64,000 nucleotides of DNA from an uncultured Gemmatimonadales bacterium (GCA_963809895.1 CAWELD010000010.1:608001-672000); one strand, 5' to 3'. Positions 26,761 through 36,782 are shown, counted from the first letter of the stretch. A program made the numbers and translations. The notes: generated from the sequence alone by a model not told the origin.

Positions 26761-27246
26761 GTGAAAGGGGGATCCGGGTTGGGTAAGGACGAGGTACGAC
26801 TTCGTGAGGTCGAACCTGACGACCTGCCCATCTTCTACGAGCAGCAACTCGACGCCGACGCCACACGTATGGCTGCCTTCCCCGCCCGCGACCGCGTAGC
26901 CTTCGATGCCCATTGGTCGACCAACATCCTCGGAAATCCGGCGGCGATCACGCAGACGATTCTCCTCGACGGCCAGGTCGCGGGCCACATCGGAAGCTGG
27001 CTCCAAGACGGTGTCCGCCTTGTCGGGTACTGGATTGGCAAAGAGCATTGGGGCAAGGGGGTCGCCACCCGAGCGCTGACCGGCTTTCTGCACCTGGTCA
27101 CGCAACGCCCTCTTCGAGCGCACGTGGCCAAGCATAACGTCGGCTCGATCCGGGTTCTTGAGAAATGCGGCTTCCAACTTGAGCGTGAGGAGAGCGACGA
27201 GTTCGGGGGCGACGGCGTTGCGGAGGTCGTGTTTGTCCTGCGCTGA
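26761..27246 (+). CDS. GNAT (RimJ/RimL-like) N-acetyltransferase
   Basis: VGYWIGKEHWGKGVAT, NVGSIRVLEKCGF. Confidence 0.9.
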   Translation: MKGGSGLGKDEVRLREVEPDDLPIFYEQQLDADATRMAAFPARDRVAFDAHWSTNILGNPAAITQTILLDGQVAGHIGSWLQDGVRLVGYWIGKEHWGKGVATRALTGFLHLVTQRPLRAHVAKHNVGSIRVLEKCGFQLEREESDEFGGDGVAEVVFVLR

Positions 27247-27396
27247 AGCAGAGTGGCTCCCCCAGAGGCCCGGCGGGTTGCCGTAGCGCCGGCTGATGCA
27301 GGAAGAACGCTCGTCGTTGGAGCGCGACGCTGGCTGGGTGGTCGGGTCAGCGGTGGCCATCATCGGCAGGTCACGGGCGATGGCCAACGATCCTGA

Positions 27397-27828
27397 TCAA
27401 GGCCACGGCTCCAGGTCGGTACTGGCCATTCCGGTCTCGAAGTCCATCGGGGCCGACATGTGCTCATGGACGGCTATCCACCGTCCGCCTCGGCGCACCC
27501 ATCCGATGGTGGAGCGAACCCACATAGAAACGCCGGCTCCCGTCTTGAGCGTGCCGCTCACGTGGACGAGCGCGTGGCTGAAGGCAGCATCGCCATCGCC
27601 TCGCACGGCCAGGTCGCGCAGCTCGAATCCGATGGGGCCGTCGTACCCTGCGAACCATGCCTCGAGCTGCTGACGAACGGCGTCAGATCCTGAGCGCACA
27701 AGCGGCTTTCCAACGTCGAAGCAGATGACTTCCTCGGCCACATGCTGCATCACGCCGTCCACGTCGTGCGCCGCCACGGCCGCTACCCGTGCTTCGAGGA
27801 GTCGGGAGATCTCGGTCTCGACGCTCAT
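27397..27828 (-). CDS. SnoaL/YybH-like protein
   Basis: GDGDAAFSHAL, WIAVHEHMSAP. Confidence 0.88.
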   Translation of the reverse strand: MSVETEISRLLEARVAAVAAHDVDGVMQHVAEEVICFDVGKPLVRSGSDAVRQQLEAWFAGYDGPIGFELRDLAVRGDGDAAFSHALVHVSGTLKTGAGVSMWVRSTIGWVRRGGRWIAVHEHMSAPMDFETGMASTDLEPWP

Positions 27829-28090
27829 CGTGTCCGGGGTTGCGTGGAGAGTTGATCTTCGAGGCGATCCAGCAACACGGACAGGCCCGCTTTGCGCATG
27901 TCGGGCGTCTCGCCTCCGAGGTACGCAGACTGATCAGTGAGAGTGAGATGGGTGCCGTCACCGTCCGGCATGAGGTCGATGGTGGTCATCGTCGCGGTCG
28001 TAGGGATGCCGCGCTCGTACAGGACGCCAGCCATGACCAGGAGCTCGCCCTCTCGAATTTCGAGGTATTCTTGGCACGTCAAGACCGTGT
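27825..28090 (-). pseudogene. 5'-truncated SRPBCC domain gene
   Basis: TIDLMPDGDGTHLTLTDQ..GLSVLLDRL C-terminal half only. Confidence 0.6.
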
Positions 28091-28157
28091 TCCAACTAGC
28101 AATTCTTGCGAGGCGTGTGGTGACGTCCTCGTCTGGTGCTTGGCCACGGACTCGGCC

Positions 28158-28250
28158 CGACGAGGTAGGCGGGATCCGGAGCACTCGGCTGGCGGCTCGC
28201 GCCGCGGGTCGGCATTCTGGTCCTGCAGCAGAAACCCAGGGTCTCTTGGC
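28158..28250 (+). repeat. Degenerate attC (family C), both cores lost
   Basis: GGTAGGC..CCGGAGCACTCG..GGGTCGGCATTCTGGTCCTGCAGCAGAAACCC. Confidence 0.75.
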
Positions 28251-28326
28251 AACTTCCCACGATCGGCCAGCCGTCGCGAAGCACGCCCGGTGCGTCGTCA
28301 AGGCCGACATAGCCGGTGCCGTGTGA

Positions 28327-28568
28327 ATGGGAGCGTTCGAAACCTGTCGGTCTTGATCTCGATCGTGCTGGGGCTGGGGATCACCCACCTCCTCATGGGA
28401 TTCGGACGGTGGGTCGAGGGGCGACGTGAGTTCCATGCCTTCGGGCCATCGCTGGCCTGCTGCGATCCTCGGCATGGCCCTGAAGAGAAGAGGGGACATC
28501 GTCCGTTGGCATACTCCGTCCTGGTCGTGTTCGTGGTCTACACCGTCGTCCTCTTCTTCGACCTCTGA
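28327..28568 (+). pseudogene. Deleted and frameshifted membrane protein gene
   Basis: MGAFE/LSVLISIVLGLGITHLL then abrupt jump to a C-terminal helix. Confidence 0.55.
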
Positions 28569-28614
28569 GCCCGAGGGCGGAAGCCCGCCCGACGGTGGAC
28601 GTGGAGACTCAACC

Positions 28615-29556
28615 TTGAACACCAAGCGAGTGTGGTTGCACAAGGCCGGTCGTCTGGCCGCTGAGTTCATTGTGGTCGTCGCAGTGCTCTGTCTTCTCGA
28701 CGCTGCATCGGCCTCGGCCCAGATACCCGCCGGCGCGCGCCAGATGGTCGATGTCCAGGGGGTGTCTACCCACGTGGTCACACTCGGGCTGGAAGACCGG
28801 GACCCGGGCGAACCCGTTCTGGTGCTGATGTCCGGATCGGGAACTCCGCTGGAGTCGTGGGCGAGGTGGCTTCCGGCGCTAGCCGAGTTGGCGCCCGTCC
28901 TGGTATACGACCGGCCGGGCATCGGACGGTCGGAGTACGACGGAAGCTCCGTCGGCCCCGACGGGATCTCGAGTCACCTCGATGCCCTGCTCACTGCTTT
29001 GCACATCGAGCCTCCGCTGGTCCTCGTCGGGCACTCCTGGGGTGGGGTGCTCGCCCTCTATTTCGCTGGGCACAGAGGCGACGACGTCGTCGGAATGGTC
29101 TATCTGGACCCGAAGGATCCGCGGGACTCGCAGTACGGTTATCGGCTCGTGGATGAGGAGGAACTGGCCCGACAAGAGGCCGCGGAGGACTCGATGTACG
29201 CGGCGATGAATCTCGGGCCCGGGCTGCTGGCCGAGCTCGACGCGATTCGCGCGTTCGAGGCCACGCCCGTCGACGAGCGGGGACTCCCCGACGACCCGCC
29301 CGTGCCGACGGCTCTCGTGCTCGCGACAATGATTCCGGACTTGACCGGCGCCCCAGAGGGTGTGACCGCGGAGTGGTTTGGCCGTCTGATGAGCCGACGG
29401 CTGGAGCGGCTTCCTCGATGGGTGGCCTCGATGCCACACGGCACCGTGATCATCTCCACCGACTCGGGTCATGGCGTGTACCGTGATGCTCCCGAGTTGT
29501 CTTTGGCGGCGGTCAGGAGGGTGCTCCGGGCCTATCGGAATGGATTGGAGCGATAG
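28615..29556 (+). CDS. Alpha/beta hydrolase with family X-like N-terminus
   Basis: YDRPGIGRS, GHSWGG, SGHGV; N-terminus RLAAEFIVVV. Confidence 0.85.
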   Translation: MNTKRVWLHKAGRLAAEFIVVVAVLCLLDAASASAQIPAGARQMVDVQGVSTHVVTLGLEDRDPGEPVLVLMSGSGTPLESWARWLPALAELAPVLVYDRPGIGRSEYDGSSVGPDGISSHLDALLTALHIEPPLVLVGHSWGGVLALYFAGHRGDDVVGMVYLDPKDPRDSQYGYRLVDEEELARQEAAEDSMYAAMNLGPGLLAELDAIRAFEATPVDERGLPDDPPVPTALVLATMIPDLTGAPEGVTAEWFGRLMSRRLERLPRWVASMPHGTVIISTDSGHGVYRDAPELSLAAVRRVLRAYRNGLER

Positions 29557-29608
29557 CCCGTTCGCCTTGCACCTTCGAAGCCCGCAACACTCGTTGCTGG
29601 TCCCCCGC

Positions 29609-29637
29609 TTGCGAGTGTAAGACGATATATGTAGAAT
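29609..29637 (+). promoter_or_regulatory. Promoter TTGCGA-N17-TAGAAT, 6 nt before ATG (leaderless)
   Basis: Direct reading of the sequence. Confidence 0.7.
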
Positions 29638-29643
29638 AAGGTC

Positions 29644-29946
29644 ATGCAACGCCTCACTCGTACGACCACGCGCGCCCTCGCAGCCTTTCTCGAGACGCCC
29701 AGCAGTTGGCGCTACGGCTACGACCTCATGCAGGTCGCCGACCTCTCCTCGGGCACCCTCTACCCACTCCTGGCGCGACTCGCCGACGACGGCTGGCTCG
29801 AATCGCGTTGGGAGGAGTCCGAACTCCCGGGGAGGCCGCCGAGGCAGTTGTATCGCCTCACCGCGACCGGGCGTGTTCAGGCTCGCAAGGCGCTGGAGCG
29901 GGCGCAGCCTTCATGGCTTCCGACCCCCCGGACTCGGGAGGCGTGA
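29644..29946 (+). CDS. PadR family regulator
   Basis: YGYDL, SGTLYPLLARL, YRLTATG. Confidence 0.92.
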   Translation: MQRLTRTTTRALAAFLETPSSWRYGYDLMQVADLSSGTLYPLLARLADDGWLESRWEESELPGRPPRQLYRLTATGRVQARKALERAQPSWLPTPRTREA

Positions 29947-29948
29947 GC

Positions 29949-31049
29949 ATGCTGCAGCGCTTCTCCCCGGTGCTTGGCCGAACGGTTCAGAAGATGGCCA
30001 GACTCTCCCCGCCGCGGTATCGCGAACTGGTACGAGGGATGGTGGCCGAACTCGAATCGATGCCGGACCCAGCGGAGCAGACCCGTTTCGCGCTGGGTGC
30101 CATGGTCGCCATCAGCCGCCTCGTAGTGCGTGGGTACGTGGGAAGCGTGTCACGCGTCGTGCGCCGACTTGTCGGCATCCGGGAATCACGAGACCACGCA
30201 ACAGCAGAGGTGCCATCCATGCCATCCCTCACGACTCGCCAGGTGCTGGGTCGCCTCGCCGTCCCCTTTGCCGTATCGCTCGCCTCCCTGACGGCACTCC
30301 TGATCGCCAACAGCGCCGTGCGGTTGGTGCCCCGGTTGACTGCAAGAGGAGTATCGACCGGCGGCGTTGCCAAGGCCATCGTGGTCGCCGTTCCCCACAC
30401 GGTCGCCCTCACGATCCCGATGGCGGTCTTCGTGGCGGTTTGCTGGGCGTTCATGCGGCTCGGAAGGGAAGGCATCCTCGCCGAGGCCAGACGAGAGGCG
30501 GGCGGATACCGCCGCCTCCTCGGGCCGGTGTTGGGCGCGGCCGCCGTGGTGACCGCGTTGGCCTTTGCGTCAAACGCGGAACTCGTGCCTCGGGCGAATG
30601 CGCAGCTCGGGGCGGCGATCCAAGGGGCCCCGCTCCGAGACAACGACCGAACGATGACCTTTGGCCAGCTGCGAGCGGCCGTGCGGAGAGCCGAAGCCGC
30701 GACCGAGCCGAGCGCCGCGGCCCGCGCGGCGGCGTACGAAGTAGAGATCCAGAAGAAGGCCGCCCTCGCAGTCGCGTGCATCTTGCTGGCTCTGCTCGGG
30801 ACAGCAGTGGCCATTCGATTTCCGCGAGGCGACGGCAGATTGGTGTTTGGCGCCGCTGTTACCGTCTTTTTGGGGTACTATGCCGTTACCGTCGCAGGAG
30901 AGTCGCTTGCGGACCGACAGATGCTGTCGCCGCTCCTCGCGATGTGGATGGCCAACGCGATCCTACTGGTCCTCGCGGCGCTCCTCATCTGGGGAGCGGG
31001 GCGTCCTCGCCATGCCGATGGCGCTGAGGGCCTGGCGGTCAACGGCTGA
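29949..31049 (+). CDS. Membrane protein with shortened LptF/LptG-like permease domain
   Basis: LTIPMAVFVA, EIQKKAALAVAC, GESLADR..LAMWMAN. Confidence 0.72.
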   Translation: MLQRFSPVLGRTVQKMARLSPPRYRELVRGMVAELESMPDPAEQTRFALGAMVAISRLVVRGYVGSVSRVVRRLVGIRESRDHATAEVPSMPSLTTRQVLGRLAVPFAVSLASLTALLIANSAVRLVPRLTARGVSTGGVAKAIVVAVPHTVALTIPMAVFVAVCWAFMRLGREGILAEARREAGGYRRLLGPVLGAAAVVTALAFASNAELVPRANAQLGAAIQGAPLRDNDRTMTFGQLRAAVRRAEAATEPSAAARAAAYEVEIQKKAALAVACILLALLGTAVAIRFPRGDGRLVFGAAVTVFLGYYAVTVAGESLADRQMLSPLLAMWMANAILLVLAALLIWGAGRPRHADGAEGLAVNG

Positions 31050-31094
31050 CGGCCGGGAACGTGAGCGGCGCGCCCTGACGGACGGGCGGAGAGC

Positions 31095-31820
31095 CTACCG
31101 GAAGTCGAGCGATCCGTCGCCCAGGTCGGCGATGTCGAACGGCCCCTCGAACACGAAGTCGCCGAGGTACGTGGCCCATTGGGTCCCGCTGACGTTGAAC
31201 AGGTAGTAGGTGCCGTTGACGTATACTGCCGCTCCCACGTTGGCGATGGGTGCACCGCCACCACCGAAGTCGTCGGCGAAGCTTTGCACGTCGGTCCAGG
31301 CCAGGTCTCCGTATCGCCAGAGCTGCCAGGACGTACCCGCGCTGTCGAAGATGAAAAAACGGGGGGTGTTCGCCGCGCGGGAGATCGCGCCCACGTTCGT
31401 GAGCGTCGGGGTGCCGAGGACGTCGCTGGGTCCGAACGACTCTGCGTCACGGTACGTCCCGGACCCGTATTCGTAGGCCGTGTAGCTGTGGCCGAGTCCG
31501 TCGACCATGAACGTCTCGGACCCGGCGATCGTCGTGCCGGCCGCGCCGATGGAGGCGAGAGGGAGCCCGTCCGTTTCGAGGTCGGCCACGTCCGCGGCCG
31601 GCCCGAACGTCCCGCTGCCCGGGTCCCAGCTCACCCAGCGGGTTCCGTCGAGGCTGATCAGGTTGACCGTGCCCGCCGGGGTCACGTAGGCGGCACCCAC
31701 GGCTTGGAGGGGGGGACACGCGGACTGGCTAGGGTCGTCCGCGCAGGTCGGGGCCGCCGTGGAGCTATCGCACGCCACGAGAGTGGCGGCCATGAGCGCG
31801 AGTGTCGCGGTCCGGTTCAT
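31095..31820 (-). CDS. Lipoprotein with hemopexin-like repeats
   Basis: Lipobox LVAC; repeated (I/V)GAA..Y/F.F..G..W/Y units. Confidence 0.6.
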   Translation of the reverse strand: MNRTATLALMAATLVACDSSTAAPTCADDPSQSACPPLQAVGAAYVTPAGTVNLISLDGTRWVSWDPGSGTFGPAADVADLETDGLPLASIGAAGTTIAGSETFMVDGLGHSYTAYEYGSGTYRDAESFGPSDVLGTPTLTNVGAISRAANTPRFFIFDSAGTSWQLWRYGDLAWTDVQSFADDFGGGGAPIANVGAAVYVNGTYYLFNVSGTQWATYLGDFVFEGPFDIADLGDGSLDFR

Positions 31821-31892
31821 GGGTATTCCTCGGTCGCTGGACGTCTCGGGCGGGCGGAGGGCCGTCCAGCCGAGCGAAGGATCAGGTTTGGA

Positions 31893-31990
31893 ACCTATGT
31901 TGCCGCGTGCGATCGACGAAGGCCGGAAGGGTCGCGCGCGCGGCGTGCGGCGGGCATCATGGGGCACGCGGCGCACTGAAGATCCACTTG
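31893..31990 (+). repeat. Degenerate attC (family B)
   Basis: CCGCGTGC..AAGGGTCGCGCGCG..GGCATCAT..GCACGCGG. Confidence 0.68.
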
Positions 31991-31997
31991 GCGTCCC

Positions 31998-32741
31998 ATG
32001 CTCGGAGGGAACTTGGAAGAATCCAAGAAGCGGAAGCTGGCGGTCAACTGGCGCCAAGCTGCAGGCGAAGCCTTGTTGATCTGCCTCGGGGTGGGTGTGG
32101 CCCTTCTCGGGCAGGCCTGGTGGGAGGCCCGGACCGAGCGGGTCGCGGTCCAGCAGCATTTCGATGGACTCCTCGACGAACTTCGCCGCAACCAAGAGGG
32201 GTTGCGGGAATTCGAAGATGTCCAGAACGCCAGTGTCCGCCGAGCCGCGACGGTACTGCGCCTGATCGGTGAGCCTCGCTCCTCCGAGCGCGACGACTCC
32301 TTGGTGGCTTTCTCGTGGACGATGGTCTCACACAACTACTTCGTGCCGGCAACGGCGGCGATGTCGAACCTGCTGAGCGCCGGGGGACTCGGTCTCATCC
32401 AAGATCCGGCACTGCGCCTGAAGGTGACCGAGTATGCCCAATCTGTTGAGTCGTTCAACAGCTTTACGGCGGACCTCAGGGATTTCCAGCTGCGAGATAT
32501 GCGTCCGGCCCTCAGCAAGATCCTTCCTCTGGCGAATCGGCGATGGGTGGAGGATCTGGAGAAACGCGGGATCACGATTCCGGAGTCGTCGTTTCGCGCG
32601 GACCCGTCCTCGCTCAGGACCCTGCAATTCGAGAACCTCGTCCTCCTCAGGGTGGGCTACGAGGGAGACGTGGCGGAGTTGGATGTCAGTCTGCGCCATG
32701 AAGTGGAGGAGCTCATTGAGCTGTTGGAGTCGTCTCGGTAG
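31998..32741 (+). CDS. Family X (DUF6090-like) protein
   Basis: GEALLICLGVGVAL; LLSAGGLGLIQDPALR. Confidence 0.78.
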   Translation: MLGGNLEESKKRKLAVNWRQAAGEALLICLGVGVALLGQAWWEARTERVAVQQHFDGLLDELRRNQEGLREFEDVQNASVRRAATVLRLIGEPRSSERDDSLVAFSWTMVSHNYFVPATAAMSNLLSAGGLGLIQDPALRLKVTEYAQSVESFNSFTADLRDFQLRDMRPALSKILPLANRRWVEDLEKRGITIPESSFRADPSSLRTLQFENLVLLRVGYEGDVAELDVSLRHEVEELIELLESSR

Positions 32742-32794
32742 GGGTGGCCGAGTTCCCCGAGCGTACCATACGCGGACTTTCTCGCGATGGGAGC

Positions 32795-32835
32795 GGTCCG
32801 CACCTTGGGTGCGCAGCAGAATCGCAAAGCCGGCA
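32795..32835 (+). repeat. attC right-arm remnant
   Basis: GCGCAGCAGAATCGCAAA matches L' arms of other sites. Confidence 0.45.
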
Positions 32836-32949
32836 AGGCGTACGCCTGACTCGCGATGTTCCCATGTTACAGGTCCAGTTGATCAGAGTACAGATCAAGC
32901 GAGGCGAGACGGATCGGCTCGTAGGCGTGGGCTTGTAGGCATGGGGGTT

Positions 32950-33048
32950 GAGCGGGGCAAGCGTGTATCCTGGTGGGGCCCTCGCGTCTTGCACCGTGAG
33001 CGCCCCGGTAGGCATCATGCGCCTGCCGCAGAGCGCCTGTCGCTCGGC
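32950..33048 (+). repeat. Degenerate attC related to the 18413 site
   Basis: GGGGCCCTCGCGTCTTGCA..GGCATCAT..GCAGA. Confidence 0.55.
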
Positions 33049-33077
33049 TGAACTCCATCCGCAAGAAAGGCGAGGGC

Positions 33078-33758
33078 ATGCATCGAGGCGAGGGTGTCGG
33101 AGGGCGAAGTGCCCGGATACTCGCTGAACTCCTGATCATCGTCGTGGGCGTACTTCTCGCGCTGGCAGCGGACCGCTGGAATCAGGCCCGGTCCGAGCGG
33201 GCTTTGGAAGCCGCCTATCTGGGACGGTTTGTCCAGGAGATTCGAGCGGACAGCGCGAGCGCGGCTCAGTACCTCGAGGGTCGCCCCTCGATCATCGCTG
33301 GGTTGGACACGCTCATCGCCTTCGTCGATGGGGCTGAGGCCCCACCCAATCTGGTCGCAACGTTGAATCGGGTGTCGGGTGAGTTGAGTCTCCCGGCGCC
33401 GGTGGCATGGACCGAGATCCAGGCCACGAATTCTCTGGACGTGATCATCGACCCCGACATCCGCGCCGCGTTGACCGAGTACTACGCCACCCGGGATCGA
33501 CTCCAATTGATGTGGCGTCGTCAGGACAGCCGGGCGCGAGATCCGCTTTGGGATCAGCTGTATGGTATGGGCCTGTTCGATCCGAGGAGCGAGTTCGGAG
33601 CCCCCCCTCGTACAGGTGTCGAGGCCTTCCGTTCGTGGCCCGACATCCGTCGGTTGCTCGTTGCCTTGGGTGCTGGTCACTACTTTCAGGAGAACAACGC
33701 GGAGCGGACACTGCAGGCGACGCACGTCGCGCTGGAGACTCTGGGGGGCCGGAGTTGA
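33078..33758 (+). CDS. Family X (DUF6090-like) protein
   Basis: ELLIIVVGVLLALAADRW; IIDPDIRAALTEYY. Confidence 0.8.
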   Translation: MHRGEGVGGRSARILAELLIIVVGVLLALAADRWNQARSERALEAAYLGRFVQEIRADSASAAQYLEGRPSIIAGLDTLIAFVDGAEAPPNLVATLNRVSGELSLPAPVAWTEIQATNSLDVIIDPDIRAALTEYYATRDRLQLMWRRQDSRARDPLWDQLYGMGLFDPRSEFGAPPRTGVEAFRSWPDIRRLLVALGAGHYFQENNAERTLQATHVALETLGGRS

Positions 33759-33816
33759 GCGACCGTGCGGTTCAGCCTATCAAGGTCGTCAGGACGCACA
33801 TGGACCGAGTGAAGAG

Positions 33817-34513
33817 ATGAGCGCCAGGTTGAAACTGCGTCGGACCATTACTGAGTTCGTGGTCCTGGTGGTTGGCGTCATGGTCGCCCTTGCCGGAGAC
33901 AACTGGCGCGAGGCCTGGCAGGACTCACGCCTCGAGACCACCTATCTCGAGCGTCTCAGGCTCGAAGTGGAGAGGGGACTCGATGCGCAGGCGACGCAGA
34001 GGACTCAGAATCGAGTCCGCCCAGTCGGCCATCCTCAGTCTTGTGGGCCGCCTCGACGGTTCGGGCAAGAACGTTCTTGCCGGCGACTCCGTGGTTGACA
34101 GCTTCCTCGTTGCCTCCACTGTCGGATTCGAACCTGATCAGTTCGGTCCAGATGTCACGTACCGAGAACTCATCGCTTCGGGGCAACTGCGCGTAATAGA
34201 GGATCCGCTCACCAGAGAGGCTGTCATCGATTATTACAGCGCTCTCGATCGGGTGAAGGCTCAGGCTTCTCAGGTGGTTCCTCTCCAGACGCAGGTGGCG
34301 CGCCTCACAGGGCACCTGCCATTTGAGTTCAGCAGCGGGGACGCGTCTCTGTCTGAGGCGGATCATCGGCGACTACTCGAACTCCTTCGAGGGAGCGACG
34401 TACTGCCAGATCTCCGGGAGGCCCATTCGGATCTCAACCTGCTCTACCTGTTCATGGGCTTTCTGGACGAGGCCGCGGACTCGCTTCTCGGGCGGCTGAG
34501 AGGAGCGGGCTGA
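33817..34513 (+). pseudogene. Family X protein, frameshift near 34000
   Basis: EFVVLVVGVMVALAGDNW in one frame; TYRELIASGQLRVIEDP in another. Confidence 0.75.
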
Positions 34514-34576
34514 AGGACGAGCTCGTGAGGCGTCGGGAGACACGTACTCGCACTGGGGGGCACGACGTTGCGCCGG

Positions 34577-35272
34577 ATGCCTGTTTCAATACCGTGGGTC
34601 AAGGTGCTGAGCGAGGGGGCCGTGATCGTAGCCGGCATCCTGATCGCATTGGCCGTGGATTCGTGGTGGGACGGTCGGGTCGAGCGACGCGACGAGCAGG
34701 ACGCGCTCGGGGAGCTTCAGGCGGAGTTCCAGGACAATGCGGCCCAGTTGGACTCGGTGCTGTGGCATCATGCCACCGGGCAACGCGCGACCGAGGTCCT
34801 CCTGTCGTTCTCTCGAGGACAGGTCGAGTTGTCCGCTGACTCCGTCCGCCAGTTGATCTGGGAACTCGATAATCCCTGGACCTACAACCCGAAGTCCGGA
34901 GCCCTGGACGCGTTGATCGCCTCAGGCCGGTTGGGGATCATCCGGGATCGGGCGTTGAGAACTCAGCTCGCGGGCTGGGAGGGTCTGTTGGAGGACTACC
35001 GGGAGGAAGAGGTGCACTCGCGGCAGTACGCGATGGGGCCGCAGTACGAGTACTTCTCGTCGGTCCTCAATTGGGGTACCGTGTATCGCGTCGGCTCCGA
35101 GCACGCGCCCGCGAGCCTGCTGAGTCTGGCCGGCGATTCCGGCCTCGAGAGCGTGGCTGCGTACCGGGCCAGCTTCCTGGATGGTGTCCTCACGGAGGCG
35201 CAATACGTGGCCGAGGCACTGGCGACGATCCAGGGACTGCTGTCGGCCAACCTGGTTGGAGGGGGGAGATGA
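34577..35272 (+). CDS. Family X (DUF6090-like) protein
   Basis: EGAVIVAGILIALAVDSWW; DALIASGRLGIIRDRALR. Confidence 0.8.
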   Translation: MPVSIPWVKVLSEGAVIVAGILIALAVDSWWDGRVERRDEQDALGELQAEFQDNAAQLDSVLWHHATGQRATEVLLSFSRGQVELSADSVRQLIWELDNPWTYNPKSGALDALIASGRLGIIRDRALRTQLAGWEGLLEDYREEEVHSRQYAMGPQYEYFSSVLNWGTVYRVGSEHAPASLLSLAGDSGLESVAAYRASFLDGVLTEAQYVAEALATIQGLLSANLVGGGR

Positions 35273-35614
35273 ATTGGGAAGCCGCCGGGGCGCTTGGCGA
35301 GATTGTCGGCGCCTTCGCGGTCGTCATTTCGCTGGTCTATCTGGCGATCCAGGTGCGTCAAAACACTACGGCGATCGCCGCTCAGGCAGCGCACGACGCG
35401 CTCGCCGCCGTTCGCGAGTGAACGTGTGTTCATGACCTGGGGCAAGAGTCCGGGCTTTGCCGCCTATTGGTCCCTCCGAAAGGGGCTGTTTACGCCTGCC
35501 TTCCAATCCCTCTGCGATGCCTGGCCCGAGAGCCCCGAGGTCTTCACCGGGGGGGTCATGGCCGCGCTGTCGGAGGGGCCGATCGGGGCGAAGGATTACG
35601 ACGAGCTGCCATGA
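35269..35614 (+). pseudogene. Family Y gene with internal deletion
   Basis: MNWEAAGALGEIVGA..QVRQNT stops at 35421; C-terminal PGFAAYW..FTPAF in another frame. Confidence 0.72.
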
Positions 35615-36123
35615 CATCCACGATTCTGAGGGACCTGTACCTGCACATGGAGTGGGCCGACGCGCTCGTGTGGCGAGAGACGCGGGCGGCACAGCGAGGT
35701 TCGCGTGACGAGGTGCTCTTCCAGACGCTCCTGCATCTTCACACGGCGCAGCGCGCGTTCCTGATGGCCTGGCGCCATGAATCGCTGGACGGGTTGGAGA
35801 CTGAACAGTTCACGACCTATGAGGCGCTCCAATCGTGGGTCGAAGCCTACTACCCGCTTGTGACCAGCTACCTCAGCGAGATCGCCGACGACGCTCTGAA
35901 TTCGCTGGTAGAACTGCCGTGGGCGCCCCAGGTGGAGGGACGCCTCGGCCGGTCTCCGGGACCGACGACGCTTGGTGAGACGCTGTATCAGGTTGCGGCG
36001 CACAGCACCTACCATCGGGGCCAGGTCAATCGCCGCTTGAGGGAGATCGGCGGGGAGCCGCCGTTGGTGGACTACATCGCTTGGGTCTGGCTGGGAAGGC
36101 CGTCCGCCGAATGGCACGAGTAG
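35611..36123 (+). CDS. DinB family protein
   Basis: HMEWAD, HSTYHRGQV..LREIGGEPPLVDY. Confidence 0.9.
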   Translation: MTSTILRDLYLHMEWADALVWRETRAAQRGSRDEVLFQTLLHLHTAQRAFLMAWRHESLDGLETEQFTTYEALQSWVEAYYPLVTSYLSEIADDALNSLVELPWAPQVEGRLGRSPGPTTLGETLYQVAAHSTYHRGQVNRRLREIGGEPPLVDYIAWVWLGRPSAEWHE

Positions 36124-36129
36124 ATCCTC

Positions 36130-36234
36130 GACTCACGAGCGACTGCTGCCGAGTGCGACACGGTCGAAGGGCTCGCGCGCGCGTCGACGGAGTCGCATCA
36201 TGAAGCGCACTGCAGAATCACTGGTCCGTCAGGC
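36130..36234 (+). repeat. Degenerate attC (family B)
   Basis: GACTCACGAGCGACTGCTG..GCATCAT..GCAGAATC..GTCAGGC. Confidence 0.7.
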
Positions 36235-36275
36235 CGCTCCACAGACGGCGATCCCACTCAACCCCCAGGTACACC

Positions 36276-36752
36276 GTGCGCCTCCCTCCCATGGCGGTCC
36301 TCATCGTCTCACTCGGCGCCTGCTCGCAAGCCCCGCCCACCTCGTCGAGCAACGCCGCGAGTGACTCCGCGGCACACCGCGCCCACCAGGATTATGTGGA
36401 CGCCATCAATTCGAACAACCTCGATTCCTTGATGGCGATGTTGACGGAGGATGTGGTCTTCCTTTCGGCGAACGAACCGGTCATGGTGGGCAAGGCGGCC
36501 GTCCGTCCCTGGGTCGCCGGGTACTACGACGCATACCACACCCACTGGGACAAGCCGGTCCAGGAGTTCGTCGTCAACGGCGACTGGGCGTTTGAGCGCT
36601 ACTCCTATGTCGCCACCGACTCGTCGCGCACGGACGCTTCCGTCGCGCAGAGCACCGGGTGGGGGCTGCTCATCTATCGCCGCGACGCCGACGGCAAGTG
36701 GCGCGTCGCTCGCGACGCGTTTGGCCCTGATCGTCCGGCTGCAGGCGGCTGA
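36276..36752 (+). CDS. SnoaL/DUF4440 lipoprotein
   Basis: Lipobox LGAC; GDWAFER, DGKWRVARD. Confidence 0.85.
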   Translation: MRLPPMAVLIVSLGACSQAPPTSSSNAASDSAAHRAHQDYVDAINSNNLDSLMAMLTEDVVFLSANEPVMVGKAAVRPWVAGYYDAYHTHWDKPVQEFVVNGDWAFERYSYVATDSSRTDASVAQSTGWGLLIYRRDADGKWRVARDAFGPDRPAAGG

Positions 36753-36782
36753 TCGTCCCAACAGGAATGGAGGAGGACCTCA

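Noticed and set aside
29558..29574. CCGTTCGCCTTGCA attC loop fragment
   Set aside because: Only 14 bp and no downstream CAnnnT or arms
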